Source of the DNA: the human T2T-CHM13v2.0 reference genome, Homo sapiens
NCBI RefSeq assembly: GCF_009914755.1
Contig: NC_060944.1
Length of the DNA: 64,000 bases
Direction: 5' to 3' (one strand)
In this document: piece by piece, positions 42,323 to 64,000 of the stretch
Layout of the letters: each line of letters begins with the position of its first letter
Numbering within the stretch: position 1 is the first letter of the stretch
Notes under the pieces: generated by a model
Database searches by the model: none
Told to the model about the DNA's origin: nothing
The model's input: only the letters and a program-made list of their open reading frames with translations
Position numbers and translations under genes: made by a program

Positions 42323-42949
42323 AAAACTATGCGTGTAACACATTAAACATGTCACATGTTCTAAAGAAAAATACTAAGTATATGTAGGTGGTACTGGATA
42401 TGTACCAAATGGTCAAGGCCTTTGCTCCTTATAATATTCCTCAGCTGTGTGGGGCAAGGATTATATATGCAAGAGCTAACTGCCTTCCTAAGATAGTTAA
42501 TTAGTAGCAACCACCAAACTATTGTCTGCTTTCCAAGCAAGCAACATAAAAATCTTCTAATGGCATCTTACAGTTTTGTATTTGTACCACTAAAATTTAG
42601 AATTGATAGTTTTCTCATGAGAAGTTATTTTCCTTAAACCAGGAATGTACAGCTGAAATTACTAATTAGAAATGTATTATTAAAAGGCAGAAACCTGCTG
42701 GAACACATGGGACCCCAGGGCCTGTAGCTCTTGGCACAAAGTAAGGAAGTGCACCAGAGAGGAATTTCTGTTTGGAATGTGAATGAGCCCCAATAGCCCA
42801 GGCAGAGAGAAGACTGGTTGTTTTTTTTTTCATAGAGTCAGCTTTGTTGATCTAGATTAGCACTCAGCTGTGTTTCTCAGTTAACTCAGTAGCAACCTTA
42901 AGAAATGAGCAGAATCGCTTACCCCAGCACCCCGCCCAGACTTGACCGC

Positions 42950-46702
<3,753 letters not shown>

Positions 46703-46808
46703 ATGTCATTTTTAATTGTATTGTTTCAGGGCGTTTTAGAGTATTTGTTTTTCAGTGTTAGCTTTGTTTGTGTTTCCCCCCTCCCCTTTTCCCTGATTTT
46801 CTTTTCAG

Positions 46809-47028
46809 ACGTCTTTTTACAAGGGAAACGGTTCCACGAAGCCTTGGAAAGCATACTTTCACCCCAGGAAACCTTAAAAGAGAGAGATGAAAATCTCCTC
46901 AAGTCTGGTTACATTGAAAGTGTCCAGCATATTCTGAAAGATGTCAGTGGAGTGCGAGCTCTTGAAAGTGCTGTTCAACATGAAACCTTAAACTATATAG
47001 GTCTGCTGGACTGTGTGGCTGAGTATCA
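46809..47028 (+). CDS. MGME1: MGME1 coding exon 2 (NVFLQGKRFHE...GLLDCVAEYQ); RecB motif I His180 and Asp238
   Basis: Long pyrimidine tract + CAG acceptor, GTAAGT donor, 220 nt; lies in ORF 46703..47032. Confidence 0.97.
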
Positions 47029-47170
47029 GTAAGTATGAGATTGGAGGTGAATTAATACAGCGTAGGACAGATGGTGCCTGTCAAAGGTGTGCCTGTAGGT
47101 ACTGTAGCCTCTGTCTGTTTAATGTCCAGACCTTTGTGCTAGGTAAAAGAATTGGGTGGGGCGGGGTTGA

Positions 47171-47485
<315 letters not shown>

Positions 47486-47681
47486 TGATCCATCCACCTT
47501 GGTTTCCCAAAGTGCTGGGATTACAGGCGTGAGCCACTGCACCTGGCCGAGATTTTTCAATCTCCCTAACATGGCCTGTTTGCCAGCCTGTCCTTCCCCT
47601 CCCCCAAAGCAAGGTACCTGCCATAAGATCCAATTTCATTCCTGCGTTTTCTTTCCTGTTTTTCTAAAGATAGCACCATGA

Positions 47682-49006
<1,325 letters not shown>

Positions 49007-49134
49007 CAAAGGTGGCTACAACCTGCAGGTACCCCTAATCCAAATAAGGCAAGCGATCACTAAGAACAAGATAGAAAAATCCGTTCATGTAAACCTTGAA
49101 GCTCTAGTTAAAATTTAAGTTTAAAAGCTTGTCT

Positions 49135-49287
49135 ATTCCACAGCCCAATACAAATTCGTAAACTTTCTTAAAACATTATGAGATTTTTTTTTGGTTATTT
49201 ATTTATTTATTTTTAGTTCATCAGCTATTGTGTGGCCCAAGACAATTCTTCCAATGTGGGCCAGGAAGCCGAAAGAGTGGACACCCT
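49135..49287 (+). mobile_element. MER30-type hAT fragment
   Basis: CAAATTCGTAAACTTTCTTAAAACATTATGAGA...TGGACACCC. Confidence 0.65.
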
Positions 49288-49348
49288 TGATAGTCTGAAA
49301 ACTGTTTAGACCACCTAATGGTTTTATTTTTTATTTATTTATTTTTGA

Positions 49349-49669
<321 letters not shown>

Positions 49670-49880
49670 TGAGAAGAGCCCTGTATACCAAGAGATTTAA
49701 TAGACTTTGGTTGCCTTTTAGATAAACCAAGGAAGCCATACAGTCACCTCCACCCAAGGCCTACAAGAAGTTCCTGACACCCAATGCTTGTCATAGAGAT
49801 GATAAAATATGTCCATAGCACTGTTGTTTGTTTTTTGCTTTTTAAGTCAACATCAACCTTGGTAATATGAACATTTTTGA

Positions 49881-50033
<153 letters not shown>

Positions 50034-50186
50034 TAGGACTACAGGCACCCGCCACCACGCCTGGCTAATTTTTTGTGTTTTTAGTAGAGATGGGGTTTGG
50101 ACATGTTGCCCAGGCTGGTCTCGAGCTCCGGGCCTTGAGTGATCTGCCCGCCTCAGCCTCCCAAAGTGCTGGGATTGTAAGTGTGA

Positions 50187-50531
<345 letters not shown>

Positions 50532-51041
50532 TAATTTTATTTATTTATTTTTTTGAGATGGAGTCTTGCTCTGTCACCCAGGCTGGAGTGCAGTGGCGCG
50601 ATCTCGGCTCACTGCACGCTCCGCCTCGGGTTCACGCCATTCTCCTACCTCAGCCTCCCCAGCAGCTGGGACTACAGGCGCATGCCACCACGCCCGGCTA
50701 ATTTTTTTTTTTTTGTATTTTTAGTAGAGACAGGGTTTCACCGTGTTAGCCACAATGGTCTCGATCTCCTGACCTCGTGATCTGCCCGCCTCGGCCTCCC
50801 AAAGTGCTGGGATTACAGGTGTGAGCCACCGCACCGGGCCTAATAATTTTTTATTTTAGTTTAGTTTATTTTTTTGAGGCAGTCTTTCACTGTCACCCAT
50901 GCTGGAGTGCAGTGATGCATTCAGGGCTCACTGCAGTCTCTAACTCCCCAGGCTCAGGCTGTCCTTCCACCTCAGCTTCCCAAATAGCTGGAACTACAGG
51001 GATGCACCACCACACCCAACTAATTTTTCTATTTTTTGTAG

Positions 51042-51454
<413 letters not shown>

Positions 51455-51746
51455 TGAATTTTTAATGGGTAATATGCTATTAAGAGTAACTCCCCACACC
51501 CACTCTGTATTGAACCTCTGTTTAAAAAGCTCCTGTGTTCCTGAGATATTGTATGACCATATGTACAATCATTTGTCCCCACACTCATTTTTTAACACAA
51601 GATGATATACCCTGCTTTTTTCCACTTAAAAAAATTATTTAAAAAAAAATCAGGCTGGGCGCAGTGGCTCACACCTGTAATCCCAGTACTTTGGGAGGCC
51701 AAGGCAGGCAGATCACGAGGTCAGAAGATTGAGACCATCCTGGCTA

Positions 51747-51986
<240 letters not shown>

Positions 51987-52768
51987 TCATGTAATAATTT
52001 TCCACCACCCACAATTAACACTTAACACTGGTGCATTTGCTTAAAACTTTTTTTTCCTTATCCCTGTGATTACATGGAGATCTTTTTTTTAAAGAAATAT
52101 AATATTACAGATTAACCCCAAATTCTGTTGAACCACCCGTGGCCAAAGGCGATTGCTGTTTTAAGTTTGGCACTACCTCCTTCTAGTCTGCCTTCTACGC
52201 TCTTTTTTGTTCTTTTCTTTTTTTAATGACCAATGATCTGTGACACAGCATCAGGAGAACCTAAGAATATGTGCCCTCTATACTCTTAGCACACACATAA
52301 TGCTATGTATAATACACATGCATAGGCAGCACTTATGTATGATTTCATGCAGAACTGTGACAGTCATAATATACAGACATCTCTAGATACACAGCATCAC
52401 AAAGCTAGTAAGATATTGGGCTCAGGAGCCAGCTGCTTGAGTTTGGATTCTGGCTTGGCTTTTCATCTTAACCTTAGATTAATTACTTAGTCGCTCTCTG
52501 TCTCAATTTATTCATCTTTAAGATAAGACAAATGGTAGTACCTACCTTGTTATAAAATGAGATATTCCCTGAAGAGTGCTTAATGCATACTATGTATTCA
52601 GTAGATGTTACATTATTATTTTGATCTACTTCTTTTTTTACTTTTTTATAGAAATAATTCTTGCTGTGTTGCCCAGACTAATCTAGAACTGGGAAGGAAG
52701 TATGATCCTCACCTCAGCCTCCCAAAGTGCTGGGATTACAGGCGTGAGCCACCTTGCCCAATCTACTA

Positions 52769-52771
<3 letters not shown>

Positions 52772-52811
<40 letters not shown>
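52772..52811. repeat. (GT)20 microsatellite in the tail position of an antisense Alu
   Basis: Read directly from the sequence. Confidence 0.95.
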
Positions 52812-52812
<1 letters not shown>

Positions 52813-53380
52813 AGAGTCTCGCTCTATTGCCCAGGCTGGAGTGCAGTGGCACAATCTGGACTCACTATAACCTCCGCCTCCCAGGTTCCAGCAATTCTGC
52901 CTCGCCCTCCTGAGTAGCTGGGATTACAGGTGCCTGGCTAATTTTTTTTGTATTTTTAATAGAGACAGGGTTTTGCCATGTTGGCCAGGCTTGTTTCGAA
53001 CTCCTGACCTAAGGTGATCCACCCATCTCAGCCTCCCAAAGTGCTGGGATTACAGACTTGAGCCACTGCACCTGGCCCTACTTCTCTCTTAACTCGTTTT
53101 TTGTATTCTTTTGTATGAATGAGCCTTACCCATTTCCCTATTGGGAACACTCAGATTATTTCTAGTTTTCCACAATTACAAACAGTGCTGCAGCAAATGT
53201 GCCTCTTTGTATATTACAGAGCTGTTCTAGGCAGATGCACAGATTCATTTGTTTATTTATTTTTTTTCTTGAGACGGAGTTTCACCCTTGTTGCCCAGGC
53301 TGGAGTGAAATGGTGCGGCACCGCAACTTCCACCTCCTGGGTTCAAGCGATTCTCCTGTCTTGTACTCCCAAGTGGCTGA

Positions 53381-53599
<219 letters not shown>

Positions 53600-54391
53600 T
53601 AGACCCGGACATGACTGCTTCTTAAATCTCCCAGGCACTTGTCACTTCACTTGTACTCAGGATATCAAGCCATTGCTATCCTATACTTTAGGAAGGTTGC
53701 TGGGTCAAGGGTATGCATTTTAAATTACCAAGAATATGAGTGAATACATTTAACAATACAGTGTTAGTAATTTTGATAACATTGTATTTTTAATTTGCAT
53801 GTCACATAAGTGAGACTGAGCATCTTTTCATTTAAGAGCTATTTGTGAACTGTTACTGTACTTTTAATTTGGGTTTACGCTACTATGATGTTAAAAAATG
53901 TTTTTGACTGACAATAATTATATATATTTATAGGCTACAGTATGATATTTTGATATATGTATACCTAATGGAAAGATTAAATAAGCTAATTATCATATCC
54001 ATCACTTCACCTATTTATCATTTTTTGGTGGTGAGAATCTTTAAAATCTACTCTTTTAGCAACTTTTAAATATACAATGCATTATTAAATATGGTCACCA
54101 TGCTGTGCAACAGATCACTAAAATTTATTCTTCTGACCTAACTGAAACCTCTTACCCTGGGATCAGCATCTCCCCTTTCCTCTTCCCCACTCTCCATCCC
54201 TATCCTCTTGTAATCACCATTCTACTCTCTCTCTTTCTGAGTTCGACTTTTTTAGATTCCACATATAAATGAAATCATGCAGTATTTGTCTTTTTGTGCC
54301 CAGCTTATTTCACTCAGCAAAATGTTCACCATGTTCACCCATGTCACAAATGACAGAATTTCCTTCTTTTTAAAGGCTATGTAGTGTTCTA

Positions 54392-54394
<3 letters not shown>

Positions 54395-54442
<48 letters not shown>
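54395..54442. repeat. (GT)24 microsatellite
   Basis: Read directly from the sequence. Confidence 0.95.
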
Positions 54443-54444
<2 letters not shown>

Positions 54445-55456
54445 CCACATTTTCTTTATCCATTTATCCATAGATGGACACTTAGGTTGTTTCCGCATCT
54501 TGGCCTTTGTAAATAATGCTTCAGTGAACCTGGGATTGCAGGTGTCTCTTCAACATACTGATTTTAATTCGTTTGGCTATATATCCAAAAGTAGGATTCC
54601 TGGATCGTATAGTAGTTCTGGTTTCAGTTTTTAGATGTTTTAGTTTTCTGAGGAACCTCCATGATGTTTTCTCAAATGGCTATACTAATTTACATGCCCA
54701 CCAACAGTTTATCAGGGTTCTCTTTTCTGCAGTCCTCACCAACACTTACCTTTTGTCTTTTTGATAATAGCCATTCTAACAGGCATGAGGTAATAATAGC
54801 TCAGTGTGATTTTGATTTGTCTTTCACTAATGATTAGAGATATTGAGCATATTTTCATCTATCTGTTGGTCATTCATGTCTTCTTTTAAGAAATATTCAT
54901 TGAGCTCCTTTGCCCATTTTTTAATCAAGTTATTTGTTTTGTTACTATTTAGTTGTTTGAGTTCCTTATATACTTTGGATATTATCCCCTTATCAGATAG
55001 GTGGTTTGCAAATATTTTCTCCCATTCTGTGGATTGTGTCTTCACTGTTGTTTCCTTTGTTATGCAGAAGCTTTTTATTTGGATGTATATGTCTGTTTTT
55101 GCTTTTGTTACCTGTGCTTTTGGGCTTCTGAGAAATCATGGCTCAGATCAGTGTTGGGGAGCTTTTCTCTTGTTTTTTTTCTAGTAGTTTTACAGTTTCA
55201 GGTCTTAAATTTTAAGTTGATTTTTGTATGTGGTATGAGATAGGGTACAATTTCATTCTTATGCAAGTCGATACCCAGTTTTCCTAACACAATTGACAAA
55301 ACATTCCCCATTGTTCGTTCTTGGTACCTTTATTGAAAATCAATTGACTGTAAATTCATGGTTTTGTTTCTGGGCTATCTGTCCTGTTCCATTGGTTTAA
55401 GGTGTCTGCTTTTATGCTATTATCATGCTGTTTGATTATAACAGCTTTACTTTATA

Positions 55457-57069
<1,613 letters not shown>

Positions 57070-57193
57070 TACTTTGAAATCAGGCAGTGTGATGCCTCCG
57101 ACTTCATTCTTTTCACTCAAGATTGCTTTGGCTATTCGGAGTCTTTTGTGGTTCCGTGTTAATTTTAGGATTTTTTTTTTTCTATTTCTGTGA

Positions 57194-57849
<656 letters not shown>

Positions 57850-58444
57850 TAGTATGGACATTTTAACAATATTCTTCCAGTCCATAAACAGAGGATATCT
57901 TACCATTTATTTGTATCATTTTCAGTTTCTTTCATCAATATTTTATAGTTTTCAGAATGCTATTAAGGTTTTTTTTTTTACATTTATTAAGTTCTACAAT
58001 TACAGTACATTGCTGCAAACAGTGTTCTGTGGCAGAAATATAACATAGTGGCTCACACCTGTAATCCCAGCAGTTTGGGAGGCCAAGGCGGGTGGATCAC
58101 TTGAGGTTAGGAGTTGAAACCAGCCTGGCCAATAGGGCGAAACCCCATCTCTACTAAAAATACAAAAATTAGCTGGGCGAGGTGGCGCACACATGTAATG
58201 CCAGCTACTCAGGGGGCTGAGGCAGGAGAATCGCTTGAACCCAGGAGGCGGAGGTTGTGGTAAGCCGAGATTACACCACTGCACTCCAGCCTGAGTGAGA
58301 CTCCATCTAAAAAAAAAAAAAAAAAGAAGAACCAGGAATGGCATCCTAGAGTTACTGGGGCCCTTTTCTCAACTACACAGATTGTCAAACTTGGCAATAT
58401 TATAAAACAATTCTGAAGACAATAAAATTATCTCTAAACCTAAA

Positions 58445-58778
58445 CTGTCCAGTAGAGTAGCCACTAACCCCTATAGCTATTGAGCATTTGAATGTGGTCA
58501 GGCCAAACTAAGGTGTGCTATAGCAATATACAAACTACATTTCAATGACTTTGTACAAAAAAGAATGTAAAATATCCCTATAATAAAAAAAAGACGTAAA
58601 ATATCCCATTAATCATTTGTTAGTTGATTACATGTTGAAATGATATTTTGGATATGTTGGGTTAAGTAAAATGTTAAAATTTCAGCTGTATTTTTTTTTT
58701 CTTTTCCGATGTGGCTACTAGAAAATTTAAAATGACACATGGCTCACATTTTACTTCTTTTAGCCAGTGCTGCTCTAG
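58445..58778. mobile_element. MER3-type hAT element
   Basis: CTGTCCAGTAGAGTAGCCACTA start; ATGTGGCTACTAGAAAATTTAAAAT end. Confidence 0.6.
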
Positions 58779-59301
58779 ACTGAGTTTGCATGAGGTGTAA
58801 CTGTCTAGAGCTATAGTGACATGTAAGTAATATACATGCTTTGTACAAAATCTCCCTATAAACTGCTGATTTTGAAATTGAAGTCATGAAAGACAGATTG
58901 AACCGATAGAGTCCTTTGAGAGTCACCAGTTACTGGTCCACTCTCTGTATCCTTTTGATATTTGCATTTGGCAAGTATAAACCCGACCAGGATAGGGGAT
59001 GGGGGGAGGAATCCACTGGTTATTTGATGCAAAAAAAGAGAGAGAAAAAGTGGGGGGGTGCACTTATAGTCCCAGCTACTTGGGAGGCTGAGGTGGGAGG
59101 ATCACTTGAGCCCAGGAGTATGCGTTTAGCCTGGGCAACATATGAAACCCCATCTCTTTTTTAAAAAAGGAAAAAAATGGTGAATAAGAGCAATGGTCAT
59201 TGGCTGACAAGTAACAAACTATACATAAGAGAACTGTTAACCTAGTAGAGATTTTCATTGTGATCTATTACCTACAAAGTCTTCCTGTGGTTTCTCTTTA
59301 G

Positions 59302-59434
59302 GGGCAAGCTCTGTGTGATTGATTGGAAGACATCAGAGAAACCAAAGCCTTTTATTCAAAGTACATTTGACAACCCACTGCAAGTTGTGGCATACATGGG
59401 TGCCATGAACCATGACACCAACTACAGCTTTCAG
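59302..59434 (+). CDS. MGME1: MGME1 coding exon 3 (GKLCVIDWKTSEKPKPFIQSTFDNPLQVVAYMGAMNHDTNYSFQ); DxK and QxxxY motifs
   Basis: TTTAG/GTCAGG boundaries, 133 nt; PD-(D/E)xK catalytic D251-W-K253. Confidence 0.97.
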
Positions 59435-59470
59435 GTCAGGACACTGAGCCTTTACTTAAAGCTTTGCTCA

Positions 59471-59809
<339 letters not shown>

Positions 59810-59974
59810 TCAGTGGGGGGGTAGGAGGAGAAAAATTGTAAAAAAAAAAAAGTTAAAAAATAGAACTCCTTGAGGTTTTTCCTTTTTTAATCTCTATTTT
59901 TATCCCATTGCTTAATGTCTTCCTTGTTCCTTTCCCACTTAAAAAAGCACTTTTTGGCTGGGCACAGTGGCTCA

Positions 59975-60298
<324 letters not shown>

Positions 60299-60400
60299 TC
60301 ACCTGATGTCAGGAGTTCAAGACCAGCTTGGCTGACATGGCGAAACCCTGTCTCTACTAAAAATACAAAAATTAGCTGGGCGTGGTGGTGTGTGCCTCTA

Positions 60401-60679
<279 letters not shown>

Positions 60680-61074
60680 TCATTACTAAAAATAGAAAAA
60701 TCAGCCGGAAGTGGTGCCCGCCTCAGCTTCGAGGGTGCGATGAGCCGAGATTGTGCCACTGCACTCCAGCCTGGACGATGGGAGTGGGATCCTGTCTCAA
60801 AAAAGAAAAAAAAAGCACTTTTCCACCCTCTTCTTGGGCCTTTTTTTTTTTTTCAATGGCTCTGTAAGGATCACAGCCCAGTCTTCAATGTTTTATCTGT
60901 CATCTTTGTGTTCTTGTGTCCTGGTGCAGTCTTTGATCAACCTACCTTAGAAACTGAGTTAGGAGATATCCTGTAGATTATTTTATACTGAGTTTGCCCT
61001 GGAGTAAGAAGGAAACGAACCTAAACTCTGGACCTACTGTAGTGAAACGAGAATTGCCCTGTGTTTCTTCCTAG

Positions 61075-61245
61075 GTTCAATGTGGCTTAATTGTGGTGGC
61101 CTACAAAGATGGATCACCTGCCCACCCACATTTCATGGATGCAGAGCTCTGTTCCCAGTACTGGACCAAGTGGCTTCTTCGACTAGAAGAATATACGGAA
61201 AAGAAAAAGAACCAGAATATTCAGAAACCAGAATATTCAGAATAG
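61075..61245 (+). CDS. MGME1: MGME1 last coding exon (VQCGLIVVAYKDGSPAHPHFMDAELCSQYWTKWLLRLEEYTEKKKNQNIQKPEYSE*)
   Basis: CTAG acceptor, TAG stop 61243-61245; total CDS 1035 nt = 344 aa + stop. Confidence 0.97.
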   Translation, partial: VQCGLIVVAYKDGSPAHPHFMDAELCSQYWTKWLLRLEEYTEKKKNQNIQKPEYSE

Positions 61246-62262
61246 GGAGCAAGTTGCTATTTGGGAACATTCAGCACCTTCTCACAGTTTGGGAACATAT
61301 ATTGCTGTTTACTCCAGTGTAAAAATGAGGTGCCACTGGATCTGAGTGCTACACGAACACAAGTAGAAGTATTAATTTGTTGAAATGTGTTGTTACCAAA
61401 AAGACTGAAAAGCCCCAAAGTCTAGATATAAAGACCTAGACTTCGGCACGCGAAATCCCAGCTATGCTACCTCTTATTTACCTGAAAGGAGGACACGCAG
61501 GATGGGCAGTCATGCTGGTGACTCTTGTACTCCCTTGAGGGACATTGGTGGGGGGGGGGGGGGGCGTGGTCCCAGGCAGGATGCCCAGTCTTTGAGCTGA
61601 GATTGGAAGGCAGTGAGGCTGAGGGTGCCAAGATTTCCCCAGGGTTCACCCAGAGGGGAAGGGGCTACATGCCCCCAGCTGTGTGCAGGGAGGACACATC
61701 AGCCCACTACCGCTGCCAACACCAATGCCTAAAACTTGTTTCATACATTGGGGTTTTCTATATATTTCAGTTGGGAAAAGCTTACATTTAACCTTTTGAA
61801 AAAATAAATACGTGATTAGCCTCAACTAAACATTGCTGACTATAAAGACAGTATATTCACCATGTCGCTGGCAATATGTCATTGCGTAACACCAAATAAC
61901 CCCCCAGAAGTAGCCAGAGGCCAGTTTGAACATCACAATTCTAAGTGTTTTAGTAACTATTTCTGGCGTGAGTCAACAGATCATGTAGATAGAGTCAATT
62001 ATTGTTTGTGGAGTTTTTCAGCTATAGGGGAGGGGAACTATTAAAATCCAGTTGTTTCTATTCAATAGGTAATAAAAATTAGTTGTCCCTGGGTTTGGGA
62101 AACTTAAATGCCCATTACAGCCCTGGGGAAGGGTTTTCTGTCTTATGGAGTGAGTCTTAGCATTTAAGTTATACAGTTGCTGCCTTAAAATAGTAGCCTG
62201 CTACAATGACTTCTTTGGGTAGCCATTTTCATAAGAAATAAAATACAAGATATGAGTAATGA
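61246..62262 (+). other. MGME1: MGME1 3' UTR with three AATAAA signals (61803, 62071, 62237)
   Basis: Distal AATAAA is followed by a GU-rich tract at 62266-62290. Confidence 0.8.
61550..61564 (+). repeat. G15 homopolymer in the MGME1 3' UTR
   Basis: Read directly from the sequence. Confidence 0.95.
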
Positions 62263-62406
62263 AGCTTTGGTTTTGTTTACTTTGTGTGTTTATAGGATAA
62301 TTTTATAAACCTGGAAATTGTTTGCACTTTTTTTATAATTCAGAATTTTACAAGCCCAATAGCTTTGGTGAGAGTTCTGTGTAAGTGCATAAAAGAAAGC
62401 GTCCTC

Positions 62407-62722
<316 letters not shown>

Positions 62723-62966
62723 TCAGCCACGGTCACCTAGCAAGGAAAGCAATATTCAGGTAGGAGATGGGAGGATCAAGGGGGACCTTTGTATTATCTC
62801 TATACACTTCTGCATTCATGTGGGTTTTTCTCAAGCTGCAGATACATATTTCTGTAGCCTGTAAATTCCAGTCAAAAATGAAGTGAGGCAATTAAAAGTT
62901 GTGCTAGCAGAGTTTGCCACTCTGCTCTAATAAGCCTCAACCTAGAATTTAGGAGGCTAGACCTAA

Positions 62967-63927
<961 letters not shown>

Positions 63928-64000
63928 GAATTAACACGTATGTTAGGAATTGTTGGTTGCCATCTCTTTGCCGAAGTGATATACTGCATATGAAACTCCA

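Overview
Mammalian (human-type) genomic DNA with two protein-coding genes arranged head-to-head on a shared CpG-island promoter (~39.2-40.5 kb). SNX5 (sorting nexin 5, PX-BAR; minus strand) has 13 coding exons that I reconstructed by hand into a 404-aa ORF. MGME1 (mitochondrial RecB-type PD-(D/E)xK exonuclease; plus strand) has 4 coding exons giving 344 aa. The long box C/D snoRNA SNORD17 (237 nt) lies in the first coding intron of SNX5. The rest is repeat-rich: dozens of Alus, L1 fragments, a MER41-type LTR, a Tigger3 element nested in an L1, and MER1/3/20/30 and MLT fragments. The first ~12 kb is intergenic. The most notable observations are: (1) a perfect 15-nt complement of the SNORD17 rRNA guide in an intron of its own host pre-mRNA; (2) a 63-bp copy of the start of MGME1 intron 1, beginning exactly at the GT donor, inserted 2 kb downstream; (3) a 43-nt ERV1 LTR hairpin retroposed with a poly(A) tail and 13-bp TSDs; (4) an in-frame 45-nt cassette exon and an LTR-derived terminal exon in MGME1; (5) mirror-image YY1/ATG elements in the bidirectional promoter. 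Gene names and repeat family names come from recognition of the sequence, not from database searches, and repeat boundaries are approximate.
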